Origin: an uncultured Eubacteriales bacterium
Lineage (GTDB): Bacteria; Bacillota; Clostridia; Monoglobales; Monoglobaceae
Direction: 5' to 3'
DNA: 64,000 nucleotides
NCBI GenBank assembly: GCA_958352815.1
Contig: CATWQA010000002.1
Span: 21,832-85,831, forward strand
The position numbers and the translations under genes were made by a program. Numbering within the stretch: the first letter of the stretch is position 1; every line of letters starts with the position of its first letter. The notes under the pieces were generated by a model. The model searched no databases. It was not told where the DNA came from and worked only from the letters and a program-made list of their open reading frames with translations. This document shows positions 47,655-57,215 of the stretch, one piece after another.

Positions 47655-49775
47655 TCAATCTGTCTCTTTAAAAATTCCTTTATTAAAATGGAGCCTTGTA
47701 AACTCCCTCGGCTTATATCCGCTGCCGCATAGATATGCTTTGCAAATCCTATCTGTTTCATTCGGCGTTTCCACCGTGAACCTAAGATTTATCAGCTTAG
47801 CTCCGACGGCTTTTATGCTGTCAAGCTTATCCGCCGTAAACGTAGGGCGGCTGTTCAGCAGCACAGTTCTGCAGCTGCCGTCCTCTCGGATAATAGGGAA
47901 CTCCACGCCCCGCCTGTCGGTCAGATACCCAACGCCTTTGCAGGGGCAGCCCTCAGTATTCTTGATAATGCAGTTTTCGGTAATCATTAAGGGCTGGTAA
48001 CCGTATGCGCAAACCTCAGTTGTTACCGGGCTGTTATTCACCACATCCCGTATCTGGGGCAGGGACAGCTCCGCCGGCGCCATCACCGAGCTTAATCCCA
48101 AATTTTCATGGGCAGCACCCATGGAAATGCTGTTCGCTATGTTAAGCCGCTGAGAGCCAAACAGAATAAATTCTTCATGCCGCCCAAGCTCCGATATATT
48201 GTGAACCCTCAGCTTGTTAAAGCCGCGGGCTTTCAGCTCTTTCAGCCGCTCCTCATAGCGGGCGTATTCCTCAGAAAACATAATTGACGGCGGCTCTATA
48301 ACTATTCTCTCCCTGTCCCCGTCAAAAATTTTTTCCTCCAAAAGACTTATGGGTACGCCCACCAGCTCAAAGCGCGCGTTCTCCGCCCTTTCAAAGCTTT
48401 TGACAGCTAAAAACTGCTCAACATTTGTTACCGTTGCGGTAAACCCGCTGTACTCCGCGCTGACAGCATTGAACTTCGGCAACGGCTTTTGCTCAACTCT
48501 GCCCCTCGCCGCAAGCTGCTCTTCAAGGCTGCTTAAAGCTCTGCGCCGCAGGTCGTTTATCTCGCTTAAAGGCGCAAAGCCCTCGCCCTCAATCTCCACA
48601 TTAATATTAACAAGCCTGAACACGCTGTCGCCCGTTTTTGCTATTTGATTTTTTATTTTTTCGCCGCTTAGAGGTTTTAAGCGGGCGGGCTCCACAGGCT
48701 CCAAGCTCTCGGTAACCGCCTGCAGCTCTCCGCTACGCAGCTCAAGGCGTATCCGCTCGCCTACCGCAAATCTCATCCATGCCTCCGCCTCTACCGAAAA
48801 CTCACGGGCTCTGCTTCCGACCTCGTCAAGTATTTCCCGACAGGCGTTCTCACTGTTTTTCAGATACGGATTGTCGGGCTTGGAAAAGGTAAACATAGAA
48901 GCTCCGATATTGCCCGTAAAGTACCCTGCGGTCTGACCGCCCCTGTAAAACACACTGTTCAGCAGGTCAATCTCCCGCTTTGTGGGCTGCCGCCTTTGGT
49001 CAAGGCAATCTCTGTATGCCTTAACAACACTGCCCACGTATGCGGGGCCCTTCATTCTTCCCTCAATTTTAAGGGAGGCGGCTCCGCTCTCGATAACACG
49101 GTCAATATGCTCAATCAGTGACATATCTTTCAGGCTAAGGCAAAACTTTTCCCTGCCTCCGACCGTGTACGGCAGCCTGCAAGGCTGGGCGCAGCGGCCT
49201 CTGTTGCCGCTTCTTCCGCCCAAAGCGCTGCTCATCAGGCACTGACCCGAGTACGACATACACATTGCCCCGTGAACAAAAATTTCAGTCTCTATACCGC
49301 AGTTGCCGCTGATATGCTTTATCTCATCAAAGGGCAGCTCTCTTGCCAGTACAACCCGCGAAAACCCCAGCTCTCTCGCCGCCTCGGCTCCCTTTAGGTT
49401 ATGTACCGTAAGCTGAGTGCTGCCGTGAAGCTCAAGGTTGAGCTCCAGTTCCTTTGCTATGGACAGCACCGCTAAATCCTGGATAATTAAGGCGTCAACC
49501 CCAATCTTTTCCAGGAACCGCAAGTACTCTTTAAGAGCGGGAATCTCTCTATCCCCCACAAGGGTATTAACCGCCACATGAACGCGAACCCCTCTCAACC
49601 GGGCGTACCTCACCCACTCTCTGAGCTCATCATCGTCAAAGTTGTCCGCATAGTTCCTCGCGCCGAAAGACTTGCCCGCTAAGTAAACAGCGTCCGCGCC
49701 CATTGCCGCGGCAGCCTTTAAGCAATCGCCGTTCCCTGCCGGAGCAAGAAGCTCGGGCAAACCCTCTGAAAGCAT
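47655..49775 (-). CDS. Peptidase U32 family protein (long form)
   Basis: LELLAPAGN...GADAVYL...ELHGSTQ...HGAMCMSYSGQC. ATG 49773-49775 has GGAGG 6 nt upstream (the track start is 49796). Confidence 0.88.
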   Translation of the reverse strand: MLSEGLPELLAPAGNGDCLKAAAAMGADAVYLAGKSFGARNYADNFDDDELREWVRYARLRGVRVHVAVNTLVGDREIPALKEYLRFLEKIGVDALIIQDLAVLSIAKELELNLELHGSTQLTVHNLKGAEAARELGFSRVVLARELPFDEIKHISGNCGIETEIFVHGAMCMSYSGQCLMSSALGGRSGNRGRCAQPCRLPYTVGGREKFCLSLKDMSLIEHIDRVIESGAASLKIEGRMKGPAYVGSVVKAYRDCLDQRRQPTKREIDLLNSVFYRGGQTAGYFTGNIGASMFTFSKPDNPYLKNSENACREILDEVGSRAREFSVEAEAWMRFAVGERIRLELRSGELQAVTESLEPVEPARLKPLSGEKIKNQIAKTGDSVFRLVNINVEIEGEGFAPLSEINDLRRRALSSLEEQLAARGRVEQKPLPKFNAVSAEYSGFTATVTNVEQFLAVKSFERAENARFELVGVPISLLEEKIFDGDRERIVIEPPSIMFSEEYARYEERLKELKARGFNKLRVHNISELGRHEEFILFGSQRLNIANSISMGAAHENLGLSSVMAPAELSLPQIRDVVNNSPVTTEVCAYGYQPLMITENCIIKNTEGCPCKGVGYLTDRRGVEFPIIREDGSCRTVLLNSRPTFTADKLDSIKAVGAKLINLRFTVETPNETDRICKAYLCGSGYKPREFTRLHFNKGIFKETD

Positions 49776-49799
49776 ATTTTTCCTCCGCTCAATCATTGA

Positions 49800-50342
49800 C
49801 TATTTCTTATCGCTTGAAGGCACGCCTCTGCCTATAACATTCCCGTTGTAGCGGACAGGACGCTCCGCCCCGCTGCGAGTCTCCTGGGGCTGAACCCTGA
49901 CAGGCGCAGTCTTGGTCTGAGCAGCCTTAACCTGAGCAGTCTCGTTTTGCCTCATTTGCGAACGCATCATGCGCAGGTTTTCAAGCTCGGTGTCACGCTT
50001 TGCCAGCTCAATTTCCAGCTTGTGCATCTCTTCCTTCAGGTTTTCAACCTCCAGCTTTTTCATTTCAAGCTCCGCATTTCCCGCCTGAACCTCGTCCATG
50101 TATACGCTGATTTCCTTGCGGAGGTTTTCTGCCGCCGCCTCGCTCTTAATAAGCTCGTCGGCAAGGTTCATTGCCGCCATAACCGCCAGCATGGCGGTGC
50201 TGAGACCCTTACCTCCGGTTTTTACCTCAGCAATCTTCTTATTAACCATAAGCGCCACGCGCTGCACGTACTCCTCAGGTTCGTTACTCACTATGGTGTA
50301 CTCCATACCGTTTATCTTAACTTCCATCTTTGTGTTTTCCAT
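49800..50342 (-). CDS. zapA: Cell division protein ZapA with a long coiled-coil C-terminus
   Basis: VKINGMEYTIVSNEPEEYVQRVALMVNKKI...MLAVMAAMNLADE. ATG 50340-50342 has GAGAGG 7 nt upstream. Confidence 0.85.
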   Translation of the reverse strand: MENTKMEVKINGMEYTIVSNEPEEYVQRVALMVNKKIAEVKTGGKGLSTAMLAVMAAMNLADELIKSEAAAENLRKEISVYMDEVQAGNAELEMKKLEVENLKEEMHKLEIELAKRDTELENLRMMRSQMRQNETAQVKAAQTKTAPVRVQPQETRSGAERPVRYNGNVIGRGVPSSDKK

Positions 50343-50368
50343 AGTACAACCTCTCGATTTCAAATATA

Positions 50369-50911
50369 TTACCTTTTCAAAATCTCCAACGCTTTAAGCA
50401 CGCCGAAAACAGTTTTCGCATCGTTGATTTCGTTATTCATAATCATTTCCTTGACCTTATTGAGCGGAATGTACTCAATATCCAAGTACTCGTCCGGGTC
50501 AGGATGGGTCTCGCCCTTGGTGAGGCCTGTTGCCAGATATAAGTGGGTGACCTCGTCGGTAAATCCGGGAGAGGGGTACATATACCCCAGATATTCAAAT
50601 TTCTCGGCGGCGCAGCCTGTCTCCTCGCTAAGCTCTCTTATACCGCAGGCTCTGTGGTCGTCCTTTTCGTCCTTTTCCAGCTTACCCGCGGGAACCTCGT
50701 ATATAGCCTTTTCAAAGGGCTTTCTGAACTGCTTCACCAAAATAACCTCGTCATCATCGGTAAGAGCAACAATCCCCACGCCGCCCGGGTGCTCCACTAT
50801 CTCACGGTTGGCAAGCTTTCCGTCGGGCATTGCCACCTTATCAAGGCGCACCCTTAAAATTTTGCCGCTGAAAATCTCTTCGGTCGATACGGTTTTTTCC
50901 TCAAATATCAT
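50369..50911 (-). CDS. NUDIX hydrolase, ADP-ribose pyrophosphatase type
   Basis: Nudix box GKLEKDEKDDHRACGIRELSEETG; 180 aa. Confidence 0.88.
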   Translation of the reverse strand: MIFEEKTVSTEEIFSGKILRVRLDKVAMPDGKLANREIVEHPGGVGIVALTDDDEVILVKQFRKPFEKAIYEVPAGKLEKDEKDDHRACGIRELSEETGCAAEKFEYLGYMYPSPGFTDEVTHLYLATGLTKGETHPDPDEYLDIEYIPLNKVKEMIMNNEINDAKTVFGVLKALEILKR

Positions 50912-51093
50912 AAAAAGTCCATATCCTTTCTGAATTTACAAATACTTTCTGTTTTGTCAAAAAATGCCGCATGATATATATAATATTAAACCACAAATAA
51001 TTGAAAAAATCAAGTAGTTTGACAATTATATTCAGATAATATTATTTTAGACATTTAAAATATTTATACAATTTTATGTCGGTGTGCCTGTTG

Positions 51094-51188
51094 CCTAGCC
51101 CGGTTCCGCCCGCCGGACCCGGGCGGTATCGGTTTTCCCCCTCGGGGAAACCGATTGGGGCTCCGCCCCAAACCCCTGTATATGTAAT
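51094..51188 (-). repeat. Module A copy 5 (full length, inverted)
   Basis: This is the reverse complement of the module A consensus, including the attacatat head. Confidence 0.85.
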
Positions 51189-51194
51189 CCCTAT

Positions 51195-51272
51195 TTTGAA
51201 AAAGGCAACAGCAAGCACGGTAGGTCGCCGCAGGCGGCACGTGAGGCGCGCAGGCATTGCCGCCTTAGCGGC
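51195..51272 (-). repeat. Module B copy 4 (inverted), bracketed by the 9-bp direct repeat ATATGTAAT
   Basis: Direct repeats at 51180-51188 and 51273-51281. The internal sequence is the reverse complement of gccgctaaggcggc..gcgcgcctcacgtgccgcctgcggcgacctaccgtgcttgc.. Confidence 0.8.
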
Positions 51273-51478
51273 ATATGTAATTATTATTTTTATTCATTGA
51301 CATTATCAAATTCATGCAAAATAAAATATTGTATGTTGCCCAACATCTTCTCAAGTGCATCAGCTCAATACATTCCTTTTCTATCCCCTCCTTCTAAAAA
51401 TCTTCGATTTTTACGAATTAATTCTTTTTTGATGCTTGTTTTTCTTTTTAAGAAAAACAAAATACTGCAAAATTATAC

Positions 51479-51507
51479 TTGCAATATTTACAAATTCATT
51501 GTATAAT
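51479..51507 (+). promoter_or_regulatory. Sigma-A type promoter for the EAL gene
   Basis: TTGCAA 51479-51484, 17 nt, TATAAT 51502-51507. Confidence 0.55.
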
Positions 51508-51562
51508 TTACACAGGTCAAGTTGTCCGATTTAATAAATCCTATTGCTGGGGAGGCGTATTT

Positions 51563-53188
51563 ATGCAGGATTTTAACACAACGCCAATCGAACTGTTCGA
51601 GTATCTGTCATCCGTGACGGATGATTATATGTTTATCGTAGACTATATAGGCGACAGAGTGTATTGGTCTGACTCTGCTTTAATTGATTTGGGGCTTTTA
51701 AAGCAGGAAAACATTGAAAACTCAAAGGCGCGCTACCTTTCCCTTATTCACTCTGATGATACGTCCGATAAGTATGCCGAAATACGCGAGTACCGCATCA
51801 AGAACGTTGACGGGCAGTATAACAAGGTTCAGGTTCGTACCATGAAAAAGTATAATGAGGACGGCGCACCCATTCTTTGCGTCGGAATCATTAAAAAGTC
51901 GGGCGCGGAGCAATGTGAGAGCGAGATTTCCCGACACGCTGTTTCCGCCTTTAAGAGAGACGTCTCCGACATGATTGAGGCAAACACTCTAAAGGGCGGG
52001 ATTATCGACTTTTGTCTTGGAGATATTCGGCATCTTAACGCTATACATTCTTACAGCTATGTGAGTCAGATATTATCTGCCATGGTGCGGGAAATTTCTC
52101 GGATTAGCCCGCAAGACACCCGAGTGTACAGAGTGCAGGGCAACCACATCCTCCTCTGCTGTCCGAAGCTCAGTCGAGACGAGATTGCCGTGCTGTGCTC
52201 TAAAATTCACGCTGTGGTTCCCGAAAAAATTCACAAAATCAATAAGATTAATATTAGTATTCCCTGCGGTGTTGTTATGGTAGAGGAAATCGTTCCCTTG
52301 ACCTTTGATAACCTTTGGAAAGGCCTTACCTATTGCTCCGGTCTTGCGGCAAAAAATCGAATTTACGACGAGCCGGTTTTCTATTCTCCGGAAAAATTTC
52401 GGGACGCGGTTACCAAACTGTCTCTTATTGACGAATTGAAGTACGCAGTTAAACGGGATATTAACTCGTTTATGCTCTACTATCAGCCTATAATCGACCC
52501 TGCCACAAACAGACTCATGTCCGCCGAGGCGTTGCTGCGTTGGAAAAGTCCTCTGCTTGAAAAATTCGGGCTTTCGATAATAATTAAGCAGTTGGAGATT
52601 ACAGGGCTGATTATTCCCTTGGGCAGGTGGATAATAAGTACAGCCTTGAGCGAGCTGAAACGCTGGCAGGCGTACAAGCCTGACATGCACGTTAATATTA
52701 ACGTGGCGACGCCCCAGCTTAACGATACGGGGCTGACCAAATTTATTGAAGATGAGCTAAAAACAAACAGTCTTGACGGTTCCTCGGTGACTTTTGAGAT
52801 AACCGAGACCTATGAGATTAAAAACATGAGCGCAGCGGTCAGATTCATCGAGGAAATTCACGCCCTCGGAGCGGACGTGGCTCTGGATGACTTCGGCACA
52901 GGCAACTGCTCTCTGGGGGAGCTTAAAGTTCTGCCTGTGGACTGGATAAAGGTTGACCAGAATTTTGTCCTTGACGTTGCTCAAAATAAGGTTGACCAGA
53001 GCATTTTAAAGCACCTTATGGACTTGTCCCGCTCTCTTAACATAAAGATATGTGTCGAGGGCGTCGGCAGCTACGAATCTCTCGAGGTGGTTCAGCAGTA
53101 CCTGCCCGAATCGGTTCAGGGCTTTCATTTCAGCACGCCTCTGCCAAGGGATGAATTTTTTGAGACTTTTATTAAAAATCACGATTAG
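51563..53188 (+). CDS. PAS / degenerate GGDEF / EAL protein (probable c-di-GMP phosphodiesterase)
   Basis: EAL motifs EALLRW, EITE, DDFGTG, KVD, EGVG and QGF. The GGDEF position reads RVQGNHI. ATG 51563 has GGGGAGG upstream. Confidence 0.85.
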   Translation: MQDFNTTPIELFEYLSSVTDDYMFIVDYIGDRVYWSDSALIDLGLLKQENIENSKARYLSLIHSDDTSDKYAEIREYRIKNVDGQYNKVQVRTMKKYNEDGAPILCVGIIKKSGAEQCESEISRHAVSAFKRDVSDMIEANTLKGGIIDFCLGDIRHLNAIHSYSYVSQILSAMVREISRISPQDTRVYRVQGNHILLCCPKLSRDEIAVLCSKIHAVVPEKIHKINKINISIPCGVVMVEEIVPLTFDNLWKGLTYCSGLAAKNRIYDEPVFYSPEKFRDAVTKLSLIDELKYAVKRDINSFMLYYQPIIDPATNRLMSAEALLRWKSPLLEKFGLSIIIKQLEITGLIIPLGRWIISTALSELKRWQAYKPDMHVNINVATPQLNDTGLTKFIEDELKTNSLDGSSVTFEITETYEIKNMSAAVRFIEEIHALGADVALDDFGTGNCSLGELKVLPVDWIKVDQNFVLDVAQNKVDQSILKHLMDLSRSLNIKICVEGVGSYESLEVVQQYLPESVQGFHFSTPLPRDEFFETFIKNHD

Positions 53189-53191
53189 GTA

Positions 53192-53219
53192 TTGACAAAG
53201 CTGTTTTATGTGCTATAAT
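53192..53219 (+). promoter_or_regulatory. Sigma-A type promoter upstream of the THF riboswitch
   Basis: TTGACA 53192-53197, 16 nt, TATAAT 53214-53219. Confidence 0.55.
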
Positions 53220-53249
53220 AAATACGAAATTTGTAAAATTTTATTTTTT

Positions 53250-53347
53250 GAAGAGTAAGAATACGAGCGTTAAGTGTTGCCGGGACGGGGAGTTGTCCGG
53301 CGAACGAAAGGCCTAAGGCTTGCGGTTCGTGTTCTGCATCCCGCTTC
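53250..53347 (+). promoter_or_regulatory. THF (tetrahydrofolate, folT-motif) riboswitch
   Basis: GAAGAGUAAGAAUACGAGCGUUAAGUGU...GCGAACGAAAGG...GCGGUUCGUGUUCUGCAUCCCGCUUC matches my recollection of the THF-I aptamer (AGAGUAG..GCGUUAAGUG..ACGA..GCGG..UGCAUCCGC). It sits directly upstream of folT-folC. Confidence 0.8.
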
Positions 53348-53433
53348 ATACAGCAAAGTTTTGATTCTGCAGGCATAACGGCAGTCTTCTTTCCTTGCTA
53401 TATGAGTGAGGTCGGAAGGAGGTCGTTATTTTT

Positions 53434-54000
53434 ATGCAAATTTCAAACAATCAAAATCAAAATTTTAAGGCAATGGGCGGTATTCGCTTGTTGGGCAACC
53501 TGCGGGTTCTGCTTACCATGGCGCTGTTTATTGCCCTAAGTATGGTATTTAAGCGTATCGGCTTCACCATGGGGCCTTTCAGGATTAGCTTTGAGAACCT
53601 ACCCCTGCTCCTTGCGGGAGTTATGTTCGGACCCGTGGTGGGCTTTGTTACGGGAGCTGTGGGCGATGTGTTCGGCTGCCTGTTCTCGGGGTTCTCGATT
53701 AACCCCTTTATCACCCTGGGCGCGGGCTCAATTGGTCTTGTTTCGGGTATAGTTTCGTTTTACTGCCTAAAGAGCAGCCCACGCCTGAGAATTATTGCGG
53801 CAGTTGCCCTTGCTCACATTATCGGTTCAATGATTATTAAGTCGCTGGGGCTTTATGTGTATTACCACTATGAGCTGTCCGCTCTGCTGCTCCGCATCCC
53901 CCTGTATATTATTATCGGTTCTGTTGAGGGCTATATAACCTGCGTGCTCATGGGAAATAAGGCTTTTCTCCGCCAGCTTGAAAGAGTGCAGATGAGATGA
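53434..54000 (+). CDS. folT: ECF transporter S component, folate family
   Basis: 188 aa with about five to six TM segments (RISFENLPLLLAGVMFGPVVGFVTGAVGDVFG). It follows the THF riboswitch. Confidence 0.8.
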   Translation: MQISNNQNQNFKAMGGIRLLGNLRVLLTMALFIALSMVFKRIGFTMGPFRISFENLPLLLAGVMFGPVVGFVTGAVGDVFGCLFSGFSINPFITLGAGSIGLVSGIVSFYCLKSSPRLRIIAAVALAHIIGSMIIKSLGLYVYYHYELSALLLRIPLYIIIGSVEGYITCVLMGNKAFLRQLERVQMR

Positions 54001-55289
54001 GCGCATTTAAAGAGTATTTGAATAATTTACCGAGCCGAGGCAGCCGTTTGGGGCTTGCCCGCGTGCTTGAGCTTTTAGGACTCCTTGCCTCCCCACAGGA
54101 GTCCTTGCCTATTATACACATTGCGGGCACAAACGGAAAGGGCTCTGTTTCCGCCATGCTGGAGAGTATTCTCTGCCGCTGCGGATATAAAACAGGATTC
54201 TTCACCTCCCCCTCCTTAGGCGGCGTAAACGGGCTTTTCCGAGTGAACAAGGAATGCATTTCGGACGAAAGACTCTGCCAAGTTACTGAGAAAATCATGG
54301 CTCTTGAAAAGAACATGGCAGAACTGCCCACAGAATATGAGGTATACGCCGCCATAGCCTTGGAATTTTTCAGGCAGGAGGGCTGCGACGCCGTTATCCT
54401 TGAAACCTGCATGGGCGGCAGACTGGACGCAACCAACGTGGCAAAAAAGCCGCTGCTGTCGGTTATAACCGATGTTGACCTTGACCATACCGGGTTCTTG
54501 GGAAACACCGTCAAGGAAATCGCCAAGGAAAAGGCGGGAATAATAAAGGCGGGTTGCCCCGTGGTTTTCGGCGGCAACAATTCCGACGCCATGGGCGTAA
54601 TAAAAGCCACTGCACATGACCGTGGCTCCCGCCTTGTTTTGGTTGACAAAGACCAACTGTCAAATATAAGATACTCTCTTATGGGAACCGAGTTTGATTT
54701 CGGCGAACTAAAGAATATACGCCTTTCTCTTTGCGGAGCCTATCAGCCTCACAATGCTGCAGTAGTCCTGACGGCAGTTGAGCTGCTGAAAGACATGGGC
54801 TTTACTATAAGCGAGGATAATTTAAGGAAGGGCTTGGCAGAGGTAAAGTGGCAGGGCAGATTTGAGCTGCTGTCTATGTCGCCTGTTATTATTTATGACG
54901 GCTCCCATAATCCGGGAGGAATGGAGATGACCGTACACAGCATACGGGAGTATTTCGGAGGGCGAAAGGTCAATCTGCTTATGGGAGTTATGGCGGATAA
55001 AGATTATTCCAAAATGGTTGAGATAATAAGCCCTCTGACCGAGAGGGTCGTAACCGTCACCCCCAACAACCCGCGGGCGTTGAGCAGCGCCAACCTTGCG
55101 CGGTGCTTTGAAGAAAATAATGTTTCGGCGTCTGCGGCGGAAAATATTTCCGACGGCGTTAAGACAGCAGTAAAGATTTCCAAAAAAACAGACACGCCGC
55201 TGCTTATAATCGGTTCTCTATATATGTATAGCGATGTGGTTAATATATTAGGTTCAGCCTTTGCAAAAGGCGGACAGGAAGTACGGTAG
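53997..55289 (+). CDS. folC: Folylpolyglutamate synthase / dihydrofolate synthase
   Basis: HIAGTNGKGS P-loop and Mur-ligase architecture; 430 aa. Confidence 0.92.
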   Translation: MSAFKEYLNNLPSRGSRLGLARVLELLGLLASPQESLPIIHIAGTNGKGSVSAMLESILCRCGYKTGFFTSPSLGGVNGLFRVNKECISDERLCQVTEKIMALEKNMAELPTEYEVYAAIALEFFRQEGCDAVILETCMGGRLDATNVAKKPLLSVITDVDLDHTGFLGNTVKEIAKEKAGIIKAGCPVVFGGNNSDAMGVIKATAHDRGSRLVLVDKDQLSNIRYSLMGTEFDFGELKNIRLSLCGAYQPHNAAVVLTAVELLKDMGFTISEDNLRKGLAEVKWQGRFELLSMSPVIIYDGSHNPGGMEMTVHSIREYFGGRKVNLLMGVMADKDYSKMVEIISPLTERVVTVTPNNPRALSSANLARCFEENNVSASAAENISDGVKTAVKISKKTDTPLLIIGSLYMYSDVVNILGSAFAKGGQEVR

Positions 55290-55294
55290 GTCGT

Positions 55295-55325
55295 CGGAGC
55301 AAAGTTCGCTTTGCTCCGATTTTCT
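55295..55325 (+). terminator. Terminator after folC (repeat module H, copy 1)
   Basis: CGGAGCAAAG-ttcg-CTTTGCTCCG followed by ATTTTCT. Confidence 0.7.
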
Positions 55326-55420
55326 GTATTAAGAAAAGTATTTACAGTTTAGAATAAAAACATAACGGTTACATTGATTGTTTTTCCGCATAATTTATAT
55401 CAATTCATTGGTTTGCCTAT

Positions 55421-55470
55421 CGCCCGCCCCGTTGCGTTTGCCCGACCTCCCCAAACGCCGGGGCGGGCAA
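55421..55470 (+). repeat. Module G copy 3 (complete nested hairpin)
   Basis: cGCCCGCCCCGttGCGTTTGcccgacctcccCAAACGCCGGGGCGGGCaaac. Confidence 0.75.
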
Positions 55471-55524
55471 ACAAAAGAAAAATCCTTTATCAAAATAACC
55501 GAGTTTGAATATGCGTAATCAAAC

Positions 55525-55658
55525 AATTTCGTAGGGGGCCACTTTTATCGGCAACAACTTAGGTTTATTATTGACATTGCTTACTTTGTGTAAATCGGAA
55601 TGATGAGAGCCGTCCAACTTCAAAGAAGTTGGGTCACAGCTGCGCCCCTACGAAATTT
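55525..55658. repeat. D-type hairpin (aatttcgtaggggg...gcgcccctacgaaattt) interrupted by E
   Basis: The inverted arms at 55525-55540 and 55643-55658 flank the E copy. Confidence 0.7.
55546..55638 (+). mobile_element. Module E copy 4 (93 bp)
   Basis: tatcggcaacaacttaggtttattattgacattgcttactttgtgtaaatcggaatgatgagagccgtccaacttcaaagaagttgggtcaca. Confidence 0.8.
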
Positions 55659-55757
55659 AAAAGAAATTTTTAAAAGGCGACAGGGCTCCCGAAAAATCGA
55701 AGATTTTTTGGGATTGAGGAGGAGCAAGGCAGCGGGCGAATGTTTTTCTTGGTAAAG

Positions 55758-55786
55758 AAAAACGGAGCAAAGCGAACTTTGCTCCG
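55758..55786 (-). terminator. Terminator after gdhA (repeat module H, copy 2, inverted)
   Basis: The same 24-nt hairpin read on the minus strand, followed by TTTTT. Confidence 0.7.
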
Positions 55787-55820
55787 ACGACTTTCCGTCG
55801 ATTTATTCTGTTTGGATTAA

Positions 55821-57215
<1,395 letters not shown>

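Noticed and set aside
47645-47761. The maf ORF has an N-terminal extension that overlaps the U32 peptidase gene by about 100 nt. Similar extensions occur at mgsA (42106-42183), the SudB-like gene (59455-59496) and zapA (50343-50363).
   Set aside because: The extensions lack an RBS, overlap upstream genes or promoters, and add residues not typical of these families. Internal starts with good Shine-Dalgarno sequences give canonical lengths.
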